Source: Felis catus (lineage: Eukaryota). From it: a stretch of DNA of 64,000 nucleotides. The stretch covers positions 195,860,001 through 195,924,000 of the forward strand of contig NC_058368.1 in NCBI RefSeq assembly GCF_018350175.1. The letters are read 5' to 3'. The position numbers and the translations under genes were made by a program. The notes under the pieces are model-generated. The model searched no databases. It saw only the letters and a list, made by a program, of their open reading frames with translations, and was not told the DNA's origin. Below are positions 11,969 through 25,460 of this stretch, in pieces; the stretch's first letter is position 1; each line of letters opens with the position of its first letter.

Positions 11969-13164
11969 TAAGAATACCTTTGGAAGGATAGTGGGTATTG
12001 AAAATTCAATCCTAGTTCTTTGTGAAATGTCCAAACAGAAGTCAATGCTCTGGCTGTAGTAGTTGTTCAATACCATATGCTCCACATTTACTGACCACGC
12101 AAAACGATGAGGCTTCTATGCAAATAGGACAGGTCAAATAGCCCCTAAATATAATGCAATCAGCCATTTTTATGATCATGAATAATTTTTTGAGGTTTGT
12201 GATCATAGAGGTGGAGTTATAAAAATTATCCAGAACTGGGAAATAAACCAAAAGGAGGACTAGAGGTCTTCATGTAGATGTCTTGTTAACATCATGCAAG
12301 GGCACGGCTTCGCAAGTCTGCCTAAAGATCATCTGACTCTCCGGGGGTGTGTACCTTTGTTTGATTTACCATTTACTGTTAATTTAAGGGTCTACATTTT
12401 GCAACTCTGTAAAGTTAGATCCTAACTTGTAGAAAGTTTAATAAGGTATAAATCTGTTGGTTTGGTTTGTCCAGTAGAGAGGCAAATGACTTCTAAAAGG
12501 TAGCCCCAAAGTTGTGTTTTATTGCCCGCTAGGGCATTAACGACTTTGCATTTAACCCATCAATCGTATTCCAGCATTCTTTGGCATCCTGCTGGTTCCT
12601 TTGTTAAACACCTAAGAAAAACTTGGATGCATGCTCATTACATGCATGCATAAAAATTATATTTTTAATATTTTTAAAATTACACTTTGCCAAACTATTT
12701 GGAGAGAACGCTGTGCTGGAAACAGATCCCAGACTTCTTAAACTCTTCCCAAATGGCCCAAATCCCTAAGCAAAAGGATGCGTGATCGTGTAGTTTAGAG
12801 ATTTTAAAAATTGAGTTTGAGGGGTACCTGGCTGGCTTAGTCAGTGGAGTATGCAATTCTTGATCTCGGGCTTGTGAGTTCAAGCCCCATGTTGGCTATT
12901 GAGATTATACAAAACTTTAAAAAATGTTGGGGGGCACCTGGGTGGCTGGGTCGGTTAGGTGCCTGACTTCGGATCAGGTCATGATCTCATGGTTCATGAG
13001 TTCAAGCCCCGCGTCAGGCTCTGTGCTGACAGCTCAGAGCCTGGAGCCTGCTTCGGATTCTGTGACACTCTCTCTCTCTCTCTCTCTTTGTCTCTCCCCT
13101 GCTTGTGCTTTGTCTCTCTCTCTCTCAAAAATAAATAAATATTAAAAAATGTTTTTTTTAATTG

Positions 13165-13350
13165 AGTTTAAATCGTGGCTCTGGCACTTACTGTGTGACC
13201 TTGGGCAAAGTATTTAATGTCTACGAGCCTCAGGTTTCCCTTCTACAAATGTGAATGGCAATACCCTCCTCAAGGGATTTTAGTGAGGAGGAAGTGGGAT
13301 CGAGCAAAATCACGAATGTGGAAGAGCCTATGACTGGTAAGCACCACTTA
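13165..13350 (+). mobile_element. MIR (similar MIRs at about 1850-1990, 31510-31730, 42680-42890, 55370-55580)
   Basis: TGTGTGACCTTGGGCAA..GAGCCTCAG.TTCC core. Confidence 0.7.
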
Positions 13351-14183
13351 TTTGTATCCATAATATGTATGGAGCATATATTCATGTACGGGTTTTTTCT
13401 GGGCCCTGAAGTAGATGTTCTATTGCCCTATAGAGTATTAACTAATTCTGCACCTTATTTATCAGTCTTGTTTCAGTATTCTTTGTCATTTTACTGGTTG
13501 ACTGTTACTATTTACGATTCTTCTCTTCCTGAATTTTCGCTTATAGTTTTTAAAAAAATTTTTTTAACATTTATTTATTATTGAGAGACAGAGAGACACT
13601 GAGCATGAGCAGGGAAGGGGCAGAGAGAGGGGAAGACACAGAATCCGAAGCAGGCTCCAGGCTCTGAGCTGTCTGCACAGAGCCCAATGCAGCACTCGAA
13701 CTCACAAACTACGAGGTCATGACCCGAGCCGAAATTGGCCACTTACCCAACTGAGCCACTCAGGCGCCCCATCTTCCTGAATTTTCAATAAAGACACTGC
13801 ACTTCCAGAATTAAAGGGAAAATTAAAGATCACTTACAGCAAACTCTTCCTTTTACATATGGGGAAACTAAGCCGAGGCTCGGGAAGGCTGGGCAGTTTT
13901 CCAAGGTCACGAGCTGGCCGTTGTCAAAGGCAGAATACGAGCCCAGAGCTGTCTGACTACAGAGTCTAAATTCTGTGTCATTGCACTAGCGATCTGGGGT
14001 AGGTCTGATCAGTTCAGAGGTTGCAATATTGGTTGCCACATTTTCTTTTCTATCACCAGCACCTCGTGCAGAATAATGCTCTTTTGTGGAGGGAATAAAT
14101 GACAGGATATGGAGAGGAAGACGAGGGATCAACAAAGACTTCTCTTTCTGGTTCTGAGGTTGTGCCGAAAGGCTTGAAAACTG

Positions 14184-14227
14184 AGTATATTTGTGACAGT
14201 TCTCCAAAGAAACAGAACCAATCTGAT

Positions 14228-14275
<48 letters not shown>

Positions 14276-14718
14276 GAGAGCTTGATTTATTTTATTTTTA
14301 AAATATTTATTTAGTTTTGAGAGAAAGACAGAGAGTGAGCAAGGGAGGGGCAGAGAGAGATGGAGACACAGAATCTGAAGCAGACTCCAGGCTCTGAGCT
14401 CTCAGCACAGAGCCTGACTCGGGGATCAAACCCACGAACTGTGAGATCATGACTTGAGCTGAAGTTGGATGCTCAACTGACTGAGCCACCCAGGTGCCCC
14501 TGGTCAGTCTTTTTCTTAAGGCCTTCAACTGACTGGGTGAGGTCTGCCCCCATTATGCAGGGTAATCTGCTTTACTCAAATTCTACTTATGAAAATGTCA
14601 ATCTCATCTAAAACAAAAACAAAAACAAAAATAAAAAAGTCTTCACAGCAACACCAAGAAGTGTTTGACCAAGTATCTGGAAACCATGGCCCAGCCAACT
14701 TGAAACATAAACATCACA
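14184..14718 (-). mobile_element. MLT2-type (ERVL) solo LTR, interrupted by (GT)21 and a SINE
   Basis: TTCTCCAAAGAAACAGAACCAAT ... GCCCAGCCAACTTGAAACATAAACATCACA resembles MLT2 termini. Confidence 0.75.
14229..14270. repeat. (GT)21 microsatellite
   Basis: Direct reading. Confidence 0.97.
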
Positions 14719-16037
14719 TTTGTGTACCTTTCTGGCTATGGGTGTCCGAACAAAATCTTAACTACGTAATTGATCAATCTAGGATATAAAAACTCTCCTG
14801 GATTCTAAAATAGGCCAAAATGTTTGGTCTAGAGACGGGGAAATCATGGAGGTCATGGAGACTCTGAGCAAACCTCGGAGGTATGTTGGGGCTTTGGGAG
14901 CCAACCAGAGGGCTAACGTAGAACTAAAGAGGGTCAGTTGAAGATAGGCAGATCTCAGTTTGCTCTAAGAAGGAATGTTTTGAGAGCTGTCTGAAAATAG
15001 AACAGAATGGGCTTTCTTGGGATGTCATGAGCTCCCTAACACTGGAGATATGCAAGCAGAGTGATGTTGCAGAGGACTCCATTGGTGGAGGGCTGGTGAG
15101 ACAGGGGTGAGTGACTACACCCACAGGCATGATGGAAATGGCACTAAAATGGCACTAAACAGTTCTAAACTGTGGCTCCTTGTTCTAGCTCTATCACTAG
15201 CTTGCCACTTGACCTTCAATGAGTCCCCATCCCTCTCGAGGTCTTTTGGCCCCCAAAGTAGAAAGAAGGGAGGTGAATTAGATATTCTTTGAAGTCACTT
15301 GCAATACCAATATCTTTTCAAAGCTAAGAACTCAGGATCTGAAGACTGCTCTAGTTTTGAGTTACATGCATACCCATGCAGGACAACCCATCTTGTTCCA
15401 CATACCAAAATGTCTGCTCAGACATCAATTCCTCCTTACAGACTGACTCCTCAACAGCTCAGTTCTTCCCAAAGAGTCAGGCACTGGGCAGCAGGACTCC
15501 TGAGATGCCTGTTCTCTCCCTTCCCTTATTTCCCTGGAACAATTTCCAAGAGCATTTCTACTGTGTAGATCCTTAGGCAACATGCCATCTAACTCTTAGG
15601 GGAAGCCCCACTGGCTTGCTAACTTTCAAAAGAAATTCTGAATTCATTTCTTTTGAATTCAGAGTTTTTATTTTAATTCCGCGATTTAATTACAACCTAT
15701 TTTATTGTAGCCAAAAGACTTCGTTGAATTAGCGATTAGGCAAGAAGGTAAAATGATGAGACTTTCTAAACATGTGGAATTTGAGATAAAAAAAAACAAG
15801 CTGCTGTGCAGACAGGAAGAAAGAAATGGAAACAGAAGGGTTCCACATTATAGCTTTCAAGTGGATAGTCACGTGGTCTCATGAGTGTGGTTGTAATTAT
15901 ATGCATTAATTCTCATGGCTTCATTCCAAAGTGTTCAATTATCACAATCATGTAGCTGAGAGGGAAGAGAGTGCCTATTACTGGCAGATATCACAGTCCG
16001 GCCAGTATAATTTTTGAAGTAAACAGTGGCCTTAAGG

Positions 16038-16290
16038 AAAAAAAAAAAATATATATATAATATATATATATATCATATATAAAAATATATATTATCATAC
16101 ATATCATATATATGATATATAACATATATATTATAAATATATAAAAATAATAATATATAACTATACATTATATATTATATAATGTATATTTATAAATTAT
16201 ATCTATTATATAATGTATATTTATAAATTATATAAATTTATAAAATTATATAAATTTATAAATTATATAAATATATGATATACATAAAAT
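16038..16290. repeat. AT-rich low-complexity/TA-derived tract with internal tandem duplications
   Basis: Almost pure A/T; TATTATATAATGTATATTTATAAATTATAT occurs twice. Confidence 0.9.
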
Positions 16291-16759
16291 CGTGCCCTTA
16301 TTTTTTTTTTCCAAAAAAGATTACTTAAAGAAAACTTCTTTAGCATTTGCCCTGTAGCAAGAATCTTACATGCATCAAACCACTTAATCCTGGCAGCAAT
16401 TCTGTGATGCAGATGTTATTAACCCCCATTTTACACATGGGAGAACAGAGCCCCAAAGAGGACAAGCTGTCTTGCCTAAGATTACTCAGCCAGGAAGTGA
16501 CAGGACCGTTTCTAAATGTCCTCCAGCTGACTCACTGAGTGTGATCCTCCCTGCGCTGGGCCCCTGTTCTCTGCTCCATGAGAAGGAGTAATCCCTGCCC
16601 TGACTAATGTGCAATGCACAGCGTACAAGCACAGACTATTAGATGTATGATTATGATGGGGGCAAAGGACAAGAATTGGGACAGTTGAAGGAAAAAGTGT
16701 TTTGAAACTAAAACACAGTGCTATTAAATTTTAGAGAGTATTGGTAAGTATCACTCATT

Positions 16760-17400
16760 TACTTTATTTTTGGTCTTTTTTTGAGAGCCAGAGAGAAAGG
16801 GAGAGAGTGCAACCAGGGAAGGGGCAGAGAGAGAGGAAGAGAGAGAAAATCCCAAGCACGCTCCAAGCCATCTGGACAGAACCCAGTGTGGGGCTCGATC
16901 CCACAAACTGTGAGATCATGACCTGAGCCAAAATCAAGAGTCAGACACTTAACCAACTGAGCCACCCAGGAGCCCCCATCTTTTTGTCTTTATCCCTGAA
17001 TTATTTTTTGTGTTTTTTTTTTACTTTTTTTTTAATATTTAATTATTTTCAAGAGACAGAGCATGAGCATGAGCAGGGGAGGGGCAGAGAGAGGGAGACA
17101 GAATCTGAAGCAGGCTTCAGGCTCCCAGCTGTCAGCACAGAGCCTGATGTGGGGCTCAAACTCATGAATCGCAAGATCATGACCTGAATCGAAGCCGGAC
17201 ACTTAACCGACTGAGCCACCCAGGAGCCTCTACTTCTTCTTCTTCTTTTTTTTTTTAAAGTTTATTTATTTATTTTGAGAGAGTCGGAGTGAGAGAGAGA
17301 GAGCAGGGGAGGGGTTGAGAGAGAGGGAGGAGAGAGGATCTCAAGCCGGCTCTGTAACATCAGCACAGAGCCTGATTTTTTTCAATGTTTATTTATTTAT

Positions 17401-17445
<45 letters not shown>

Positions 17446-17977
17446 ACAAGAGGGGGAGGGGCAGAGAGAAGGAGAGACAGAATCTCAAGCAAGCTCCATG
17501 CCATCTGTGCAGAGCCTGATGAGGGACTCAAACTCACAAACCGTTGAGATCATGACCTGAGCCGAACTCAAGAGTCAGTGGCTTAACCGTCTGAGCCACC
17601 CCGGTGCCGCCCTCCCGCCCCCCGAATTACTTCTTTTAAAAAAAATTATTTATTTATTCATTTAAGTAATCTCTACACCCAACATGGGGCTTGAACTCAC
17701 TCTGAGATCAACAGTCACATGCTCTTCCTACTGAGCTAGCCAGGTGCCTCTACACATTTTAATGTTTTTGTTTGTTTGTTTGTTTGTTTTGAGACAGAGA
17801 GAGACAGAGCATGAGCAGGGGAGGGGCAGAGAGAGAGAGAGAGACACAGAATCCAAAGCAGGCTCCAGGCTCTGAGCTGTCAGCACAGAGCCCGATGTGG
17901 GGCTAGAACTCACAGACTGTGGGATCATGACTTGAGCCAAAGTCGGACACCCAACCGACTGAGCCACCCAGGCGCCC
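16760..17977 (-). mobile_element. Cluster of six co-oriented CanSINEs
   Basis: Copies at about 16760-16977, 17005-17229, 17235-17375 (truncated), 17376-17611, 17635-17749, 17763-17977; last has TSD TCTACACATTTTAA. Confidence 0.88.
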
Positions 17978-18099
17978 CTCTACACATTTTAAATATGCAT
18001 GTAAGTTTTATTTGTCCATCTGGATTCACCCTCCACACACTCATCCAGCCTGCAATGTGCATGGGAGGTGCGTCTGTACAAGCTGTAACCCCCATCAGC

Positions 18100-18460
18100 A
18101 TAGCCCACGTCGGCGGGACACTGTCAGTGCCGTGGCCGAGTCCCTTGGACCTCCCCCCACTTCAGCCCTCCACAGGCTCTCCACTGCCAGCATCTGCTCC
18201 TTGGTGGCTGAGGGCTTTTCCCACACAAGCTCTGTCTGCCAGGCTGGCAATCCAAAAGTACTTAGGAATTCACTCCCGTCCCCAGGAGCAGCCTTTGGTC
18301 AGAGACGCTAGAGTCACAAACACCCCGACTCCTTGACCCTTTGGTGGAGACGTTTTGAGGCATGTGTTTCCATTGTTCCCCAGAGTTTCTCTGTGGGATC
18401 GAGCTCCAGTCACCCATCCTCCTCTACAAGCATTGCCTGAGCTTCTCCATAAATGATTGC
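18100..18460 (+). mobile_element. LTR16-like (ERVL) LTR fragment
   Basis: GGAGCAGCC..CACCCCGACTCCTTGACCC..CCCAGAGTTTCTCTGTGGGATCGAGCTCCAGT resembles recalled LTR16 consensus. Confidence 0.6.
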
Positions 18461-18519
18461 ACTGAAACCCTCATGGCATAGTGTGCCTCAGAGGGAAGCC
18501 GCACGAAGAGAAATTTCCT

Positions 18520-18820
18520 GGATGTCTGGCTTCCCGTTGCATTCAGCTAAGGGGAAAGAGGCAGCAGGAGCGGAGGCTTTTTACATTCTACCTTCCACCC
18601 TGGGGATGCCAAAGCCTGGCTCTGTCCTGGGCCCAAAGGTGCCAGCTCCTGTGAGGAGGCCCTCTTCACATTGCTCCCTCCGACTCCAAGTTCCAGTAAG
18701 TACTCCGTCCCCTTGCCCCTTCAGGCCTCAGGCCATAAATGGCACCTCATGTTTACTAGCCCCGGGGGTGTTCCAGTATTCCTTGCGATTATGCTCTGTT
18801 CCACTCACCCTTTTTGTAAG
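18520..18820 (+). mobile_element. LTR33-like (ERVL) LTR fragment
   Basis: CCCCTTGCCCCTTCAGGCCT..CTAGCCCCGGGGGTG resembles recalled LTR33 consensus. Confidence 0.6.
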
Positions 18821-18821
18821 C

Positions 18822-19145
18822 AAAAACACTAACTCAAAAAGATACACGCACCACCATGTTCATTATATACGATGTTCATTATATACAATAGCCAAGGTAT
18901 GGAAACAACCGAAGTGTCCATCGATGGATAAGCGGATGAAGAAATTGTGCAATAAATGCGATGGATATTATTCGACCATAAAAACAAATGAAATCTTGCC
19001 ACTTGTGACAACATGGATGGACCTCACGAGCATGTGTGAAGTGAAATAAGTCAGACAGAGGAAGGCAATTATCATATGATCTCTTCACTTACGGATACGT
19101 CCTGGAATGTCCTACAGATGGAATCTAAAACCAAACAAAAAAACT
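18822..19145 (+). mobile_element. L1 ORF2 3' fragment
   Basis: Peptide TIAKVWKQPKCPSMD..NEILPLVTTWMDL. Confidence 0.85.
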
Positions 19146-19974
19146 TTCCTGGGAGGGCAGGAAAATTCTTAGATGAAACACTGATGGCTCAAAACCTAAA
19201 AGGGTCCCCAAGAAATGAATTGTTAAGAGGCATCCAAGAGGCACACACAGATAGATGGCGGTGTGGGCAAGGCTAGAAATCCCGGTCATCCAAACATAAT
19301 AAAAGAAATAACTTGGTGCTCATTCAGTAAGCTGGAGATCCAGTTTAACTTCAGACAAACCACTTCCTCTGTCTGGACCTGTTTTTCCACTTGTAAATGA
19401 GGGAATCAGACTAAACTCTGTGGTCTAATGGCAAATACTTACATAGCAACCTAACATGGTCTATGTTCTACGCGCTTAAGCTTTTATTCATTTGTTTTAC
19501 CTTCACGGCAAAGGGTAAAGCTTGTTTGGAAGAGCCCTTGACACCCTTCCAAATGGCCTGCCCTCTCCCACACCAGCATCCCCTTCTCAGTCCGAGCAGG
19601 AGCTCTGAAGATCTGATGAATATGTTTAGCAGCAGACTGGCTCTTTCTCCGGGCCTATTGTGAAATATGCTTTCCTGGTAATTTCCTGTGGTAATCATCA
19701 TGCTTTGCGATTTGGAACAAAGTAGAGACTGGACAAGTTAGTTTCATCCCCTTGTTTTGAACATAAAAGCGTCCGATCCTTTCCGTGATGTTTTTATTTT
19801 GACTTCAGAAAGAAGAAACAGATAGTCTTGATAAGGAAATAAACTCTCAGTAGCTGAATTGAGCTAAACCATGAAATGAATTATCCCCTGGCCCAACAAG
19901 GGCCTCCGTGATGTGTGACTCCAACCCACCAGTCATTTGGTAGTCTGAGTGCATGATGTCCCTGGGTTGGGCAT

Positions 19975-20470
19975 CAGGAAATCCTGTAGGCTCTACCTTC
20001 AAAATATAGTCAGAATTGCTTGTCCATGGCACTGTCCTGTCCTGCCTGGATGATTGCAGTAATCACCACACTTTGTCTTTCTGTAGTCCATTCTCAAAAT
20101 AGCATCCAGGGTGACCCTTGTAAAATGTGAGTTGGATCATGTCACTGCTCTGCCTGAAATCCTGCGATGGCTCCCCCTTCCTTCAGAGGAAAAATCCAAT
20201 GTCCTTAAAATGCCCTTCAAGATCCTACATGAGCTACAACCCCCCTTACCTCTGGGACTTCATCTCTGAAACTTCTCCCTCGCTCACTCCTTAACAGCCC
20301 CTCTGCTTCCTTGCTTATCCTTAGTCAGGCCTTAGAGACTTTGCTAGCCTCTGCTTGGAAGAGTCAGATAGCCACCAGCCTACTCCCCACCTCCTTCAAA
20401 TATCTGCTCAAATCCTACCTTCTCACGAGGCCTACCCTGACCACTCTAAAATTGCAACTTGCCTCCCTTC
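19975..20470 (+). mobile_element. L2 fragment
   Basis: CCATTCTC..GATCATGTCACTGCTCTGC..ATGGCTCCC resembles L2 3' region. Confidence 0.65.
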
Positions 20471-22261
20471 CCCCATTTCCTTCTGAAAGAAGGAATTGCT
20501 TAAAGATCAAAAGGGAAGTATTTTTTTTTTTTATTTGCGGACTTCCGTCTGCCAGCAAATTCCAGATAGTTGAAGGTAGTATTCATCCATTCAGCACATG
20601 CTTATTGAGCGCCTGCTCTGTGTCAGGCACCAGTTAGGCGGGAACTCAATATTCAATTTCATTTCATTCAAATCCACAATCAATACACTGGTGGTCTTCT
20701 AGAAGCCAGGCTTGCAGGGCGGTGGTGAATTGTGTAGAGATGCAGGTCCAGCCAAGTGTAGTGAAGGCAATAACCTTGAAATGAGGACATGTGTTCAAAC
20801 CCTGGCTTCGCATCTAACTTCCTCTGCGGTCTTAACGAATCCCTTCCCTTTTCTGGGCTGGCTGTAGTTCATCTTTACAATAAGGAGAGTGGTCTAGTTA
20901 CTCTTTAAGGTCACTTCTGGCCTACCGTTCCATGATTTTACCCTTATTTCCCTGAGGGCTGCGTCTCTTGAGCTAATTGTGAGTTCCCAAGGGTGAGTGG
21001 GCAAACAAGCCAGAGAAGGAGGATATGAGCGGAATGCACGGCCATGAGCTGTCCCTTGAGAGCCAGCACTTGAGAGGCCAGAGGTCTGCCTTAAGCAGCG
21101 GCAGCAGTTGGGTAACAGCTGCAGTGGTTAACCCGAGGTCACCCTGTGGATCCTCTGGCTGAAAGAGGACACCCTGCTCCCGTCTCCGCATCCTTAGGAG
21201 AGCACAGAGGAAGTGTTCCCTGGTGCCGCAGAACTGACATCAGCTTTCTGTTGGTCTACTAAGCCCAGAGAAGGGAGAGTGAGGGGGACAGGCTTTGCTT
21301 TGGCTTGAGGTGTGCTTGGGAAATTCTCTGGGGTGGGGGGCAGGGGGAGGCGAGGGGAGAGCACTCTAGAGGTGGGAAATGTACTGCCTCCGATGGGGAG
21401 GGTGCAATCCCAGCAAACTTCCAGGGCAAACTTGAACAGGCTATCCATTAGCATTCCACTGACGCCTGCATTTGCTTGCTTTCTTCTTCTTTTTTAAGTG
21501 TTGTTAGAGTGACTGGTTTCTTACTCAGCTGTAGATACGAATTAACTGATGAGGTATGAAGCAGGGAAGGGCATTCGTGGAATGAGAAAACAGAATATGG
21601 CAAAAGGAGTCAGAAATTCTGTGGCATATTTCTTTGACTCTCTGGACTTCATTTTCACCACCTGAAAAATGCAGGGATTGAAGTAGGGTCTTTCTAGTAT
21701 GTGATGATTCTGAATCGTCACCAGGGGCCAGCAAACTCCAACCCACGGCTACTGCCCATTGCTGGGAATGCAATGGTGCAGACACCACTGAAGCAGGTTG
21801 GCATGACAAGCCTTGGAAACCAAACCAGGTGTCCTCCTGTGCTCCTCATTTTCTCACTGCTCCAAGGGCCTGCCTCCCAGGCCGGTGCCCGGGCCTTGCT
21901 GCTGTCCGGGGCCCATGCTGCTAACTATCTGCACCCTGGGGATTCTGTTCCCAGTGATTGCCAGTCACCAAGCACAGAATTCTCAGTCTGTCCTAGCTGA
22001 GGTGGGCAGGCTCTCTTGGGAGGTGAAGGCACCCAAACAAAGGTCACTAGGGAAGAAAGTTAAACTGACCGTGGTGGTGGCCTCTCTCTCCTGTCCCCCT
22101 TTACCGCACCCCCTTGTCACTGGCCTTTCTCCCTCTTTGCTGGGAGAAGGTCTTCAACTTGGGGCAACGTGTGCCCACCATCCTGTAGGGGGCAATACAG
22201 AGAGATGGAATAGAGGTTTTCTCTCTTGTTATTTAGCTATATAATATCCTTGATTTTGCCT

Positions 22262-22327
22262 CTTGGCCTGCAAGGCCTGGAGATATTTGCTATCTGGCCC
22301 TTTACAGAACAAGTTTGCCAACCCATG
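22262..22327. mobile_element. MER58A end fragment
   Basis: TATCTGGCCCTTTACAGAACAAGTTTGCCAACCC. Confidence 0.7.
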
Positions 22328-25199
22328 GGCTGTAGTGTCATCTGTAAGACGGTAAAGTATGGAGCCAGATGACCTGAGTTCATCCACTTCCTATTAGCAA
22401 GACCTCGGGCAAGGTCCTTAACTTCTCTGAACCTGTTTCCTTACCTGTAAGACTGAGTTAATAGCTAGAGCGTCTGCCGGATAGGCTTGCTGTATATATG
22501 TTAGGTGACTTGTGAACAACACCAATCAGGTAATGTGAGCAGATTCAGCAATCTGTGCACATAACACATAGTTCCAGATGTATGTCATCAAACAAAATTT
22601 TCTGAGTCCCTACTCTCGGCCAGGCCCTCTGCCAGGCCATGGTCTGGAAGGGAAGATAGACTTGTTAAAAGACAAAGGCAATGCAGTGTGTCAGTTGCTC
22701 TAACAGGACACAGCTGTGGGACGAAGGCAAGTGTGTCCAAGTCCCTCTCTGTAGTTTCAGACAAGGTTCCACTGAGGAAATTAACCTCGAGCTGGCAGGC
22801 AGATAAAGGGTATTCCTGGCTGATGGAACTGCATGTACACAGACATGAAGGCAAACAAGGACACTGCACATTCTTGTTGGTGGCCTTGAGAGCAAGTGGG
22901 AGATGTTTGGAAGGTGGGGCTGAAGAGGTAGGCAGGCCCCGGAGCCTGGGGGACCTTATCACTATCCCAAGAGTCTGGGGGAGTCTCCTGTTGCTAAGTG
23001 TTGGAGAGTCACTGGAGAAAGCGGAACCACCACAAAAAAAGGATCAAGATCAAAATACGGCTTTCAGAAACATCACTCTGGCTCGACACGAAGAGCCAAC
23101 CAAGGAGCAGTCAAGAAGCTACGGTACATCCAAGAGAAAGATTGTAAAACTGAATGAAGGTGGTGGCTATGAGGACGAAGAGAGACAGGTGGATGAGTTA
23201 TTTGGGAGGTAGAATCCAAAGGGAAGAGCCACCCAAGAAGCACCGAGGTTTTGGGCTGGGCACTTACATGAGAGTAAGGGCATAGCTACAGTAACAGAGG
23301 TCGGGATATGTGGAAAGGTAAGGAGCTCTGTAAAAACGTTCAAAGTCCAGTCTGTGGACAGTTTCCCAGAATGAAGCCTTAGCTGCAGTCCTCTGCTATG
23401 TTTACACTTGGGAAATATGCAGAGGCCAGCACTACCATCACATTTCCTGGGCAGGGCCCCTCGGAAGGGCCAGGAGGGGTCTGATGAAACAGCGGCTTTT
23501 TTTCTTCTTCCCCTTCTGTTTACTTACTATGACTTTTAGATGAGTGTGCGGATTCAATGCAGGGAAAGCTGTGATTAATGCACTTTTCCAGCAAGAAACC
23601 AAAACGAGAAAGTTGGCCCAGGCAGACGGCCAGCACGGGTCAGAGTAGCCTGCCGGGATTGTTTTGTTTTGTTTTTTAATAATTTTGATATTCTAGCATA
23701 ATACTTGTCACATCTTGGCATCTTTTTAAAGGTTTGGTTTATTTTTTAGAGAGCATGTGAGCGGGGGAGTTGGGGGCGGGGGGCAAAGAGAGAGAGGGAC
23801 AGAGGCTCCAAAGCGGGCTCTGTACTGAATGCAGTGAGCCTGATGCAGGGCTCGAACCCACAAACTGTGAGATAATGAGCTGAGACAAAGTCAGACACCC
23901 AACTGACTGAGCCTCCCAGGCGCCCAGCCAGCCAGGATTCTTAAGCTGTAGAGGAGCCTGAGCCTTTGATGTGGGAGCTCAATTTCAGCCCTCTTCGCAA
24001 GACCTCATTTGACCAAAGTGTGACTGACTTCAGTTTTTTGTAGTTGTTACTGTGGATTTACTCTGAAGGATTCTTTAGAGAAATGAAAACCCCTTTGGGT
24101 TTTTCATTCATGGGATAATTAGGGGCCATTTCTTACATGTGCCTAGTACTTCATAGCTCACAAAGTGCTTTTATAGCTGTGGGGTTTTTTTCTCTTTTCA
24201 CCAAGACAGGAGTTATTTTTCCCATTCTATGTGTTATGAAATGAGACTCAGAGGTGGAAATGGCTTTTTCAAGATCACATAGCTAGAAAGTGCAAAACTA
24301 TTCACCCATATTTGATAATATTCCGTGTTGGCAGAACAATGGGGAATTGGGAGCCTTGGATACTTACTGTGAGAGTATACATTGGTCTGGTCTCTTCACA
24401 AGAGCTAACTGCCAATAATTTTTTTTGAATTTCTTTTTTAAGGTTTATTCATTTCTCAGAGACAGAGACAGAGCATGAGTGAGGGAGGAGCAGAGAGAGA
24501 GGGAGGCACAGAATCTGAAGCAGGCTCCAGGCTCCAAGCTGTCAGCGCAGAGCCCAATGTGGGGCTAGAACTCATGAACTGTGAGATCATGACCTGAGCT
24601 GAAGTCAGAGGTTTAATGGACTGAGCCACCCAGGCGCCCCACCAATAATTATTAAATATGGTTACCAGTTAGACAGCAGCTCAACTTTTGGGTCCCTATC
24701 TTAGCCTCAGCTTCCCTTAGACAGCAGAGAGACCAAAATGAGAGCTTGCAGGCAGGGAGCCAGGAAAAGTGAACCAGTTGGAAGAAAGGTCAATACAAGG
24801 GCACATCATCAAGCTGGTACTGCATGCAACTAGGGCTCCATCTTGCTGGTACCCCCTAACGTCACACTGAGAATGTCTGGGAGAAGGGAGAGGGGGGCAT
24901 TTATTGATAGGTTCCCACCTAGGTTGGTGAACAATTGTCCCATAAAATGTTAACTCCTTCACACTTCCAGGTTTGCCAAGTGGATTCCCAGAGGGATTTC
25001 AAGAAGGTATTCATGTAGTAATCACAGTTAAAAGTAAAAAGGCTTGGGGAGGACCTGAGCCTGGCGACTGGAGTTGGCACTGGAAGACAGATCTTCACAG
25101 TGAGGTCTAATTTTCAAAGTCTGACAGGTAGGGCTCTGTGGAACTGGAATCATGGAGAATAGAATCCATCCCCCTGAAGGTGGAGAGAGAGTCCTACCA

Positions 25200-25460
25200 A
25201 GAGATAGGCAGAAACTGAGGGTTGCTGGGGGCGGGGCGGGGGGGGTGGAGACAGGGGAGAGGGGAAAAGGGTGATGGGCATTGAGGAAGACGCTTGTTGA
25301 GATGAGCACTGGGTACTGTATGTAAGCAATGAATCATGGGAATCTGCCCCAAAACCAAGAGCACACTGTATACACTGTATGTTAGCCAACTGGACAATAA
25401 ATTATATTTAAAAAATACAATACAATAAATAAAACGTAAAAAATAATAATAAAAAAAAGA
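25200..25460 (+). mobile_element. Felid/carnivore L1 3' UTR fragment
   Basis: Similar to the 3' UTR of the L1 at 8100-8280; G-rich tract and A-rich tail. Confidence 0.8.

Larger units (their letters stand above)
9854..14500. mobile_element. Scattered CanSINEs: 9854-10075 (+), 12820-12925 (+), 12929-13160 (+), 13550-13770 (-), 14285-14500 (-)
   Basis: Typical GGGGCRCCTGGGTGGCTCAGTC head, (CT)n and A tail. Confidence 0.88.

Noticed and set aside
18453..19049. 198-aa ORF, the longest in the track
   Set aside because: Chance read-through of an LTR33-like fragment into an L1 fragment; no splice or homology support.
21813..23212. 143-aa and 174-aa ORFs
   Set aside because: No recognisable protein; partly in ancient repeat-like DNA; non-ATG starts.
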